From contig JASGHG010000001.1 of assembly GCA_047602425.1 (NCBI GenBank), forward strand, positions 3,424,001 to 3,488,000: DNA of 64,000 bases, read 5' to 3'. Made by a program: the position numbers and the translations under genes. Under the pieces are notes generated by a model that was not told the origin of the DNA, did no database searches, and saw only the letters and a list, made by a program, of their open reading frames with translations. This DNA comes from Nibricoccus sp. Lineage in GTDB: Bacteria > Verrucomicrobiota > Verrucomicrobiia > Opitutales > Opitutaceae. Positions 1-8,349 of the stretch are shown here, one piece after another (the first letter of the stretch is position 1; every line of letters begins with the position of its first letter).

Positions 1-1
1 G

Positions 2-826
2 CGGGCTTTTCAATTGATCGTGGACCAATTGGTTCCCGCGGTCGAACAACTGGATCTGGGGCCGGCGGCGCGGCAAATGTACGCGGCTCGCGTGGCGCGT
101 TTACTCAAGGACCTTGCGCTGGCGGCAGGCATGGAACGTGACGACATCGATCTGGCGCTGCGGGCCTTTGATGTCGCCTTGACGTTGCCGGTGGGCGACA
201 GCTTGGGCGAAGCGCTGGCGAGTGACCGTGCGCAGCTCCAGCGCGATTTCGAGACGCGCAAAGAGAAGGAGTTGCAGGTTGAAGCCGAAGGTGTGCGGTT
301 GATCGTGAATCGTTATGGCATTTGCTTAAACGACCAGTGGGTCACGCCCGTCGAGGTCGCGGGTCTGCGTCACGGCATGCTCGCACCGGGTGAGGAAGGT
401 GGGGAGGGCACCTATGTCATCGCGTGGCGCTCTTACGCGGGACAAGAATTTGAGTTGAACGCCAGCAATTTGCTCCTGCCGTCCTCGTATGTGGAAGAAC
501 ACTACATGCGGATCCTCGACTCGATTTATCATTTTATCGTGCCTGGATTGGTTAATCGTTTGTCAAACGACATCCGCGAAGGTCGGGAAGTTGTGCTCGG
601 CGCGACACCCTTGCGTTTGGAAGGCATGTACTTGGCGGGAGGAGGCTCGCGTTTTTGGAAAAAAGACGAACCAGTTTCCTACACGAAGCTGCAAACAGAG
701 ATTGAAGGCGGCCTTTTGATTGTATCCAGTAAGGAAAACCCCCGGCAGTCTGAAAGTCATGACGTCGCCCTTGTGTGGAACGCCGTGATTTTTAGCTACG
801 TGCTGGAGGCCCTTACTCGAGAATAG
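2..826 (+). CDS. Hypothetical protein, 5'-truncated by the window; first visible gene of an atypical Hsp70 operon
   Basis: Frame is open from base 2 to TAG at 824-826. A helical region is followed by two beta-rich segments that look PH-like. There is a 2-nt gap to the next ATG. Confidence 0.75.
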   Translation, partial: RAFQLIVDQLVPAVEQLDLGPAARQMYAARVARLLKDLALAAGMERDDIDLALRAFDVALTLPVGDSLGEALASDRAQLQRDFETRKEKELQVEAEGVRLIVNRYGICLNDQWVTPVEVAGLRHGMLAPGEEGGEGTYVIAWRSYAGQEFELNASNLLLPSSYVEEHYMRILDSIYHFIVPGLVNRLSNDIREGREVVLGATPLRLEGMYLAGGGSRFWKKDEPVSYTKLQTEIEGGLLIVSSKENPRQSESHDVALVWNAVIFSYVLEALTRE

Positions 827-828
827 AC

Positions 829-1491
829 ATGCAACATTCCCTGCTGGCCCAGATCTTCGCCCGTGATCCGCGGAAGCTGGCGCGTTTTCCCGACGTGCCG
901 CTCGATCAGGCTTTAGTGACGTTGCAACACTTGTTGTCCACGCTCGAGGAATTGAGTTCTCTGTCGGTCCCTCCGCCTCCTCCCGTGCTCGCCACGATGG
1001 GCAGCATGCCGCCGGTCGTGCCGGTCGAGGAAACTGCTCCGATTGAGGCACCGGCCCCAGCGCCGGCGCCCATCCCTGAGCCGGCCGCTGTGGCCGCTCC
1101 GGCGCCTGCCGTTTCGAGCGACGCATATCTGGATGAGTTCGGTGGCTCGATGGCGGCACTTGCGACGCAAGTCTGGCGCGCCCGCAACCGCATCATTGAT
1201 CCAGAAACCGGCGAGCCGCGCGAAGAAATGCGCCGCCTGCATCGGCATGTTGAAGGCGCGTTCGAAGCGCTGCGCGAAATGGGCCTTGTGATCAATGACT
1301 GGCTGAAGCAGCCCTACGATTCGGGCCTGCCTGTGAAGGTCCTCACTTTTCAACCCGCATCTGAAGTCCAGCGAGATACTGTGTTGGAAGCCACACGCCC
1401 GACCGTGATTTGGAAAGAACGCCTGCTACAAATGGGCGAAGTCATTGTCGGTATACCCCCAAGCCAAAGCACAGAAGCACCACCGCCATAA
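829..1491 (+). CDS. GrpE-like protein with Pro/Ala-rich linker
   Basis: C-terminal half (GAFEALREMGL...GQ/PYD-like PYDSG...DTVLEATRPTVIWKERLLQMGEVIVG) follows the GrpE helix plus beta-domain pattern. It abuts an Hsp70 gene. Confidence 0.7.
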   Translation: MQHSLLAQIFARDPRKLARFPDVPLDQALVTLQHLLSTLEELSSLSVPPPPPVLATMGSMPPVVPVEETAPIEAPAPAPAPIPEPAAVAAPAPAVSSDAYLDEFGGSMAALATQVWRARNRIIDPETGEPREEMRRLHRHVEGAFEALREMGLVINDWLKQPYDSGLPVKVLTFQPASEVQRDTVLEATRPTVIWKERLLQMGEVIVGIPPSQSTEAPPP

Positions 1492-4140
1492 ATGAGCCGA
1501 ACGACCATTGATTACGGAATTGATCTGGGAACGACCAATAGTGCCATTGCCGTCATTGCCGGCACCGGCACCGAGATCATCAAGAACAACGTCGACGCCG
1601 ACATCACGCCCTCCGCTGTCTACATAAACCGTTCGGGCAACCTCTGGGTTGGCCAGAATGCCAAGTCGAAGCTGGCCGACGAGCGCGCGGAGGACGACGT
1701 GTTTATCGAATTCAAGCGGCGCATGGGCACGGGCTTTGAGTATGCTTTTCGCGCCAGCGGCCGTCATATGAAGCCGGAGGAACTCTCGGCCGAGGTGCTC
1801 AAATCGCTTCGCAGTGACGTCACGCAAAAAAAAGGCGAACACATTTCCGCCGCCGTGCTCACCGTCCCCGCCGCCTTCGAACTTCACCAATGTGAAGCGA
1901 CCAAGCGCGCGGCCGAACTCGCGGGTTTTCGCCAGGCATGTCTCGTGCAGGAACCGGTCGCCGCTGCGCTCGCCTACGGTTACCAGAAGGTCGACGCCAA
2001 GGCCTATTGGCTGGTTTTCGACTTTGGTGGCGGCACATTCGACGCTGCGCTCATCCGCTCCGAGGAAGGCAGCATGGTCGTGGCCAATCACGGTGGCGAC
2101 AACTTCCTCGGCGGCTCCGACATCGACTGGGCCATTGTCGAACAAATTCTCCTTCCTAAAGTCCGCCAGGAATTCAACCTTCCTGATTTCAAGCGCGGCA
2201 ACGCCACGTTTAAACACGATTTCATGCGCCTGAAAGCCGCGGCCGAAACCGCGAAGATCGAGCTTTCGCGCAAGGAAGGCACTTTCCTCGAAGCCACGCT
2301 TCGCCGCGCCGGCAACGAAACCGTCACCTTCGAAACCGAGCTCTCGCGCAACGACGTCATCCGAGCCGCCGAACCTGCTGTCATGAAGGCGGTCAACATC
2401 GGCCTGCGCGTTCTCGCGGAGAAAGGCCTCTCGCCTTCCGCCGTTGAAAAACTGATCTTTGTCGGTGGCCCCACGCTCGCGCCTTACTTCCGTGACATGG
2501 TTAAGGAACGCATGCATATCCCGTGCGACCTGAGCATGGATCCGCTTACAGTCGTGGCACGCGGTGCGGCGATTTTTGCCAGCACGCAAAAAATTCTTGC
2601 CGCCAAGGACATCAAGCCGACCGCCCCGGCTTCTACCACCGCAACTGCTCCCACCGGCAAAACCGCGGCTCCTGTTCCGGGCGCTCCGGCGGGCCAAGTC
2701 CAACCCGGCCAGGCTGCTTCTGCGAACGCACCCGTCGGCGCGACTCCATCCTCCGCTTCCTCGGCGCCGATCCCAGTCGTGCCCGCGCCTTACTCCCTTG
2801 AGCTCATCTACAAGCCGGTCGGCTCCGACCCTGAGCCCATTGTCGGCGGCCGCACCACGGCTCCCGCCGGAGCGCCGCTCGCTGGCTGTACCATTGAGTT
2901 CGTCAACCAGGCCACCAAGTGGCGCAGCGGCAAGATCACGCTCAAGGAAAACGGCGCCTTCCAGTTCAATGCCCGCGCCGAGAAAGGCATCGAGAACATC
3001 TTCCTCATCGAGTATCGCGACCCGAAGGGTACGCTCTGTCCGACCGAGCCGAAACAATTCAAATACACCATGGGCGTGGTGGTCGAAGAACAACCGATCA
3101 TCAACAACCTCGGCGTCGCCATGGCCGACAACAAGGTCGGCGTTCACTTCACTAAAGGGCAGGGACTTCCCGCCAAACACACTCGCACGTACCGTACTTC
3201 GCTTGGACTGCGCCGGGGAGAAACCGGTACCGTCGTTCGCATTCCCATCGTTGAGGGCAACCGCGAGCTCGCCGACCGCAACGTTCTGATCGGCACTGTT
3301 GACATCACGCCCGACAAGATCGACCGCGATCTTCCCGCTGGCAGCGAGGTTGAAGTCAGCCTGCATATGGATACTTCGCGACTTCTCACCGTTGTCGCAT
3401 ACGTGCCACTGCTCGATGAAGAATTTCCGACCAAAATCGAACTCGGCGGCAAAGTTCGTCAGCCCGACCTCAACGTGCTTCGTCAGGAATGGAACCGCGA
3501 ACTTGCCCGCCTCGGCGACCTCAAGGCCGGCATCGAACAGGCCCGCGATGTCGAATCGATGGAGGTGCTCCATGCGCTCGAAGCTTCGCCGCTCGTGAAG
3601 AAACTGCTCGAGCGTTTTGCCTCCGAAGGTTCGGACTTCGATGCGTTGCTCCAGTCCGATCGCGATATCCTTGAGTTCAAGGTTACCCTCGATGCCATTG
3701 CCGCCCGTGTGGCCTGGCCGACCGCCGTCAAGGAAGCCGAAATCTGGCTCTCGGACCTCGACAAACTCGTGGCGAAGCAAGGCACTGCTGACGAAAAGAA
3801 ACGCGCCCGCCTGCTGCGCGAGCAGATCGAGTCCATCATCGCCGGGAAAAATCAAGATCGCCTTAAGAAAAAGATGGAGGAAATCTCCGACGTTTACTCA
3901 TCCATTCTCTATCGCCAGGACGCGTTCTGGGTCGATTACTTCGAAACCCTTTCAAAAGGATTGAACCAAATGCGCGATCCCGCCGCGGCCGAGAAAATCA
4001 TTGCCGAAGGCCGTGGCCACGCCGCCGCCTCCAATCTGCCGGATTTGAAGAATGTTGTTTATCAATTGCAGGATTTGCTCCCGAAGAAGGTCGTGGAGCA
4101 GGCCCGTCGCGGCTATGGCTCCGGGCTTCTGACTTCCTGA
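1492..4140 (+). CDS. Atypical Hsp70 family protein (882 aa)
   Basis: NBD motifs GIDLGTTNS, TVPAAF, EPVAAALAYG, VFDFGGGTFD, LGGSDID and FVGGPT are present. A degenerate SBD-beta (GLPAK...IVEGNRELADRNVLIG...LPAGSEVEV) and a helical C-terminus follow. It is not canonical DnaK. Confidence 0.92.
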   Translation: MSRTTIDYGIDLGTTNSAIAVIAGTGTEIIKNNVDADITPSAVYINRSGNLWVGQNAKSKLADERAEDDVFIEFKRRMGTGFEYAFRASGRHMKPEELSAEVLKSLRSDVTQKKGEHISAAVLTVPAAFELHQCEATKRAAELAGFRQACLVQEPVAAALAYGYQKVDAKAYWLVFDFGGGTFDAALIRSEEGSMVVANHGGDNFLGGSDIDWAIVEQILLPKVRQEFNLPDFKRGNATFKHDFMRLKAAAETAKIELSRKEGTFLEATLRRAGNETVTFETELSRNDVIRAAEPAVMKAVNIGLRVLAEKGLSPSAVEKLIFVGGPTLAPYFRDMVKERMHIPCDLSMDPLTVVARGAAIFASTQKILAAKDIKPTAPASTTATAPTGKTAAPVPGAPAGQVQPGQAASANAPVGATPSSASSAPIPVVPAPYSLELIYKPVGSDPEPIVGGRTTAPAGAPLAGCTIEFVNQATKWRSGKITLKENGAFQFNARAEKGIENIFLIEYRDPKGTLCPTEPKQFKYTMGVVVEEQPIINNLGVAMADNKVGVHFTKGQGLPAKHTRTYRTSLGLRRGETGTVVRIPIVEGNRELADRNVLIGTVDITPDKIDRDLPAGSEVEVSLHMDTSRLLTVVAYVPLLDEEFPTKIELGGKVRQPDLNVLRQEWNRELARLGDLKAGIEQARDVESMEVLHALEASPLVKKLLERFASEGSDFDALLQSDRDILEFKVTLDAIAARVAWPTAVKEAEIWLSDLDKLVAKQGTADEKKRARLLREQIESIIAGKNQDRLKKKMEEISDVYSSILYRQDAFWVDYFETLSKGLNQMRDPAAAEKIIAEGRGHAAASNLPDLKNVVYQLQDLLPKKVVEQARRGYGSGLLTS

Positions 4141-4144
4141 TTTT

Positions 4145-4660
4145 ATGGCCGCCCCCACCGGAGAATCGATCGCCACCTGCCTTCGCCTCGGCAAATCGCT
4201 TGGCCTGGCGCGGCAAGGTCGTCTGCGCGAAGCGCAGCAGTTGCTCGCGGCCGAAGGCACGCTGCCCGAAAGCTCGCTTGAATTGCATGCCCTCGCGTCG
4301 CTGGCTACCGGCGACGGCGATTATGCCCGCGCCCAGCGCCTCTGGCGCCTGCTCCTCCAGCGCGAACCCGGCCACGCCGAAGCCAAGCGCATGATCGACG
4401 CGATCGAACTCTGGATAACGCGTCCCTCGTGGATGAATTACCTGCCGATCTTTGGCATTCTGGCCAGCGTGGTACTTGTGCTCGGGACGGTTGCCTGGAT
4501 GATGACCGACACGGCGCAACCAGCCACCCCCGCCAAACAGCCCGCGCCACGGCCGGCGCAAGTGGCTCCGGCCTACACGCCATCGGCTCCGCCCCCGACG
4601 GTTAATTTTTCATCACCGCCGCGTAAAACCGAACAACCAGGCCGCAATCGGACTCGGTGA
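4145..4660 (+). CDS. TPR-like protein with one transmembrane helix and Pro-rich tail
   Basis: TPR-like helices (GRLREAQQLL; GDYARAQRLWRLLLQREPGHAEA) precede hydrophobic LPIFGILASVVLVLGTVAWM. It starts 4 nt after the Hsp70 stop. Confidence 0.75.
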   Translation: MAAPTGESIATCLRLGKSLGLARQGRLREAQQLLAAEGTLPESSLELHALASLATGDGDYARAQRLWRLLLQREPGHAEAKRMIDAIELWITRPSWMNYLPIFGILASVVLVLGTVAWMMTDTAQPATPAKQPAPRPAQVAPAYTPSAPPPTVNFSSPPRKTEQPGRNRTR

Positions 4661-4711
4661 GCGCCATCCCCTCTCAATTGCGTTTTTCGGGTTTTTTCGG
4701 ACATTTTTGGC

Positions 4712-5071
4712 ATGGAAGATCCCGCCAAGTTCCAAGCCGCTGCCTTTGAAAAGATGGCGCTTGGTTCGTCACAGCGGCATGTATTTCTCTGTGTCGGGCC
4801 TGATTGTTGCAGCACGGAGCAAGGGCTGGCCACCTGGGACGTATTGAAAAAGAAAATCGCCGAGGCAGGTGTGCCAGTGATGCGGACCAAGGCGGCCTGT
4901 TTGCGCATCTGCCGTGGCGGACCGTGGATGGTGGTTTATCCCGACGGTGTCTGGTACGGCGGCGTCACGCCCGAGCGTTGTGACCGCATTGTACGCGAAC
5001 ATTTGCAACAAGGCCGCGTCATCGACGAATGGGTGGCCGCCCGACGTCCGCTGCCCGATCAAATGAGCTAG
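4712..5071 (+). CDS. Thioredoxin-like [2Fe-2S] ferredoxin
   Basis: HVFLCVGPDCC...CLRICRGGPWMVVYPDGVWYGGVT pattern. Confidence 0.88.
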   Translation: MEDPAKFQAAAFEKMALGSSQRHVFLCVGPDCCSTEQGLATWDVLKKKIAEAGVPVMRTKAACLRICRGGPWMVVYPDGVWYGGVTPERCDRIVREHLQQGRVIDEWVAARRPLPDQMS

Positions 5072-5127
5072 AGGGCAATGCGTTTTGAAAAACGGGCGAT
5101 GGCGGTCGATCTCAACGTCGACCCGTT

Positions 5128-5538
5128 CTAGGAGAAGGTCGATCTGGTTTCCGAATTGGAGATGGCCGGTTGATCGGGTTTGGCAATGATCGACGCAAGC
5201 GTCGCGAGCAATTGCGACGCGGCAAAGGGCTTGGCGAGGAATGTTACGTCGTGAACGCCGCGATCCGCGCAACAATTGGCGACGCGGCGGCCGTAACCGG
5301 AAACGAGCAGGGCCGGAATGCCGGGGCGTTTGCTGCGCATAAATTCGATGATGTCGCAGCCGTCGGAATTGCGCAGTTTGAAGTCGGTGACGACCGCGGT
5401 GAAATCGAAATCCTTCAGTAAAATGGTTTCGGTGAGGTCGTGGGTCAGCACCACGTCGTAGCCACCAACTTGGAGCATTTCCTTAACAACAGGACCGACC
5501 AGCACGTCGTCTTCGACGAGCAAAATTCTGGTTTTCAT
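5128..5538 (-). CDS. Single-domain response regulator
   Basis: Receiver motifs ILLVEDD, VVTDFKL, VSGY and LAKPF. Confidence 0.9.
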   Translation of the reverse strand: MKTRILLVEDDVLVGPVVKEMLQVGGYDVVLTHDLTETILLKDFDFTAVVTDFKLRNSDGCDIIEFMRSKRPGIPALLVSGYGRRVANCCADRGVHDVTFLAKPFAASQLLATLASIIAKPDQPAISNSETRSTFS

Positions 5539-5793
5539 GACGGATTTCGACGGACGGCATCGGCTGGTTGGACAGCCGCTAAGTTAGAGAAGGTGGATGG
5601 TTCGTTAGCGGGGTATTGGCTGGATGGAAAAGAGTGAGCGCGGAGGCTCACGCTGCGAAATGGAGCTGGGACGGAACCAAGCAATACGTTTTTCCGCTGA
5701 TTAGCAATCACATACGCATTTCCCTAGATCCGCCTATTGAAGCTATTTTGCGATTTGCCGGCTAGAACGTGGTTTTGCCGGCTGAAAAGCGGG

Positions 5794-8247
5794 TCAGTTG
5801 CGGGCTTGAGACAGGCATTTTGCGAGGAGGCGGGCAAGGGTGGCAAGATCGAGGGGTTTGCCGATCAAGTGCCGGACATTGAGACTGAGCGCCCGGTGGC
5901 GATCCTCTTCGCTGATGTAGCCGCTCATCAGGATAAAAGGTATGTTCGCGGCGACTTTATCGGCGACCTCAAGGCCGGTCAGCCCGGGCATGGTAAGATC
6001 GCAGAGGACGGCGTGATGTCCATTGGGATCTTGTTGAAGGGCGAGAACGGCTGCCTGCGAATCGAGAAAAGGGGTGGGTTTGTAGCCGATTTTTTCCAAG
6101 AGCCGGCAGGTCGCATGGGTGACGGAAGCCTCGTCGTCGATGACCATGATGCGCTGACCGGCGCCCAATGCCACGGCGGAAGGAAGTATTGTCGGAGGAG
6201 TGGGTTGTTGGCAGGCGGGGAGGTAAAGGTGGAAGACGGAACCCTGCCCCGGCTTGCTGTAGACGGTGATGTCGCCGCCGTGATTTTGGAGGATGCCATG
6301 GACGACGGAAAGGCCGAGGCCTGTGCCCTCGCCGACGGGTTTAGTGGTAAAGAAAGGTTCGAAGATGCGCTGCATAACCTCGGGGGACATGCCGCAACCG
6401 TTGTCGCGCACGGAGAGGTGCACATAATGCCCGGGCTTCAGGCGGCCGGTTACGGCCGAGGTGTCGTCGAATTGGAGCTGTTCCTCAACGATTTCGATAC
6501 AACCATCCTTGCCGCGTACGGCGTGGACGGCGTTGGTGCAAAGGTTGAGCAGCACTTGGTGAAGTTGAGTGGGATCGGCCTCGACTTCGTGCGATGGGGC
6601 GGGAGGTGTATAAAGGAAGACGATGCTTTTTGGGGCAGTGCTGCCGACGAGACTGATGGTTTCTTCGATGATGCTTCGGACCGAGACAATTTCCCGGCGC
6701 GATTCGCTTTTGCGCGAGAAAGTTAGGATCTGGCGCACAAGTTTGCGGGCGCGATCGGAACTGGTCAGGATATCGCGGAGCGGAACGTGGACCGGATGGG
6801 TCTCGGGGGTGTCGAGGAGGGCGAGTTCGGCGTTGCCCAGGATGGAGGCAAGGATGTTGTTGAAGTCATGAGCAATGCCGCCGGCGAGCGTGCCGATTGC
6901 CTCTAGTTTTTGGTTTTGGCGAAGCTGCTCCTCATGTCTTTTCAGCCGGGCCTCGGCGAGGCGGGCGTCGGTGATGTTGGCGAGGACAACGAGCGGGCGC
7001 TGGCCGATGAAGCCAACGGAAACGCGCAGCCAGCAAGGAGCGGTTTCCGAGGGGCACTCATGTTCGAAGGGCGCGGGAGAGTTTTGGGCGAGCGCGGTGG
7101 CAATGCGCGTGCAAAGGGCCGGGCCATCGGGCAGCAGTTGCGAAAGTTTTTTTCCAATCCCGGAAGGTGGGTCGATTTTGAACAGTTTGTGAGCGGCAGG
7201 GTTGGCTTGCTCGACGATAAAATCGTTTTTGATTTCGGCGGGGGTTCGTTGGAGCACCAGAATGGCGTCGAGGGTGGACTCGAAAACGCTGCGATACCGT
7301 TCCTCGCCTGCTTTAAGCTGGTCGGTCTGGATGCTGATCTGGCGATAGAGTTTGCGTTGCCGAACAAACGCCCAGAGGGCGACCAACAGGGCGACGGCGA
7401 GGCCAACGGTGACGGCGATCATGACGTCCGTGCTGGTGTAACCGCCAAGATGACCGAACCATTTACGGAAGATTTTTTCGTACGCGCCGCCTCGCTGTTG
7501 CAGGATGAGGATGGCTTCGTCGATCTGGCGGAGCACTTCGGCGTGTTCCTTGCGGACGGCGAAACAATAATCGACCTCGTAAATCGGTTCGCCGACGGGG
7601 CGGACGTTCTTGAGACCGAGGTGATAGGCGGTGGCCAATCCGCTGAGACGACCGACGAGAGTGGCATCGCCATCGCCTGCATTCAACCGGCGGAGGGATT
7701 CCTCAACCGAATCGACATGGACAATGGAATCGGCGAGACCAGCGGCGCGGAGGACTTGTTCGCCTTTGCTGCCGCGGTGCACAAGCACGCGAAGGCCTTT
7801 GAGGGCGGCCAGATTTTTCGGGGTTGGGCCGGCTTTCCGGGTAAAAATCGCCCCGCTCATTCGAAGGTAGGGTTGGGAAAAGACAGCGAAATTTTCGCGT
7901 TCCGCCGAACGGGCGTAGGACTGGAGAAGATCGAGTTGGCCGGACTCGAAGGCGCCGTTGATTTCGCGCGTGCCTCCCGTTCTCCGTTCAAGCTTTAGTT
8001 CGGTCACCTTTTCAATCTCGCCGAGCAGGTCGACCACGAAACCTTCGATCTGGCCGTCGCTCGCCGCATACGAGAACGGATAATTGTCGTTGAGCACGCC
8101 GACCCGGTAGGATGCGTCTGTTTCGTTTGTGCCTGCCGCCACGGCAAACAGCGAGCCCAACAACCAACCGCAAGCGATAAAAAGCGCTTGCAACCGAAAG
8201 TTTCCGGCCGGAGATGGATTCCGTCCGATGGCGCGACGCTGGATCAT
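5794..8247 (-). CDS. Hybrid histidine kinase with periplasmic solute-binding (family 3) sensor, PAS and receiver domains
   Basis: NYPFSY...IEGFVVDLL binding domain, then TM, AHDFNN H-box, NLCTNA, DNGCGM, GTGLGL and a receiver (VIDDE, DLTMP, GKP). The ATG at 8247 was chosen as start. Confidence 0.92.
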   Translation of the reverse strand: MIQRRAIGRNPSPAGNFRLQALFIACGWLLGSLFAVAAGTNETDASYRVGVLNDNYPFSYAASDGQIEGFVVDLLGEIEKVTELKLERRTGGTREINGAFESGQLDLLQSYARSAERENFAVFSQPYLRMSGAIFTRKAGPTPKNLAALKGLRVLVHRGSKGEQVLRAAGLADSIVHVDSVEESLRRLNAGDGDATLVGRLSGLATAYHLGLKNVRPVGEPIYEVDYCFAVRKEHAEVLRQIDEAILILQQRGGAYEKIFRKWFGHLGGYTSTDVMIAVTVGLAVALLVALWAFVRQRKLYRQISIQTDQLKAGEERYRSVFESTLDAILVLQRTPAEIKNDFIVEQANPAAHKLFKIDPPSGIGKKLSQLLPDGPALCTRIATALAQNSPAPFEHECPSETAPCWLRVSVGFIGQRPLVVLANITDARLAEARLKRHEEQLRQNQKLEAIGTLAGGIAHDFNNILASILGNAELALLDTPETHPVHVPLRDILTSSDRARKLVRQILTFSRKSESRREIVSVRSIIEETISLVGSTAPKSIVFLYTPPAPSHEVEADPTQLHQVLLNLCTNAVHAVRGKDGCIEIVEEQLQFDDTSAVTGRLKPGHYVHLSVRDNGCGMSPEVMQRIFEPFFTTKPVGEGTGLGLSVVHGILQNHGGDITVYSKPGQGSVFHLYLPACQQPTPPTILPSAVALGAGQRIMVIDDEASVTHATCRLLEKIGYKPTPFLDSQAAVLALQQDPNGHHAVLCDLTMPGLTGLEVADKVAANIPFILMSGYISEEDRHRALSLNVRHLIGKPLDLATLARLLAKCLSQARN

Positions 8248-8349
8248 GTTTTTACGAGGCCATGATCCCTGAAGGCGGAAAGATTGCAAGCGGCCCCCGG
8301 ACGGGGATCCCGGGGTGTTTACCCGGGACGATTCGGTTTCTGAACCGCC

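Noticed and set aside
1426..3855. 809-aa ORF antisense to the Hsp70 gene
   Set aside because: Long antisense ORFs are a known by-product of codon bias in GC-rich genes, notably Hsp70s, and it has no protein motifs.
4712..5071. Ferredoxin after Hsp70 suggesting an hscA-fdx (ISC) operon
   Set aside because: The ferredoxin is thioredoxin-like rather than ISC-type, the Hsp70 is not HscA-like, and there is no iscS, iscU or hscB.
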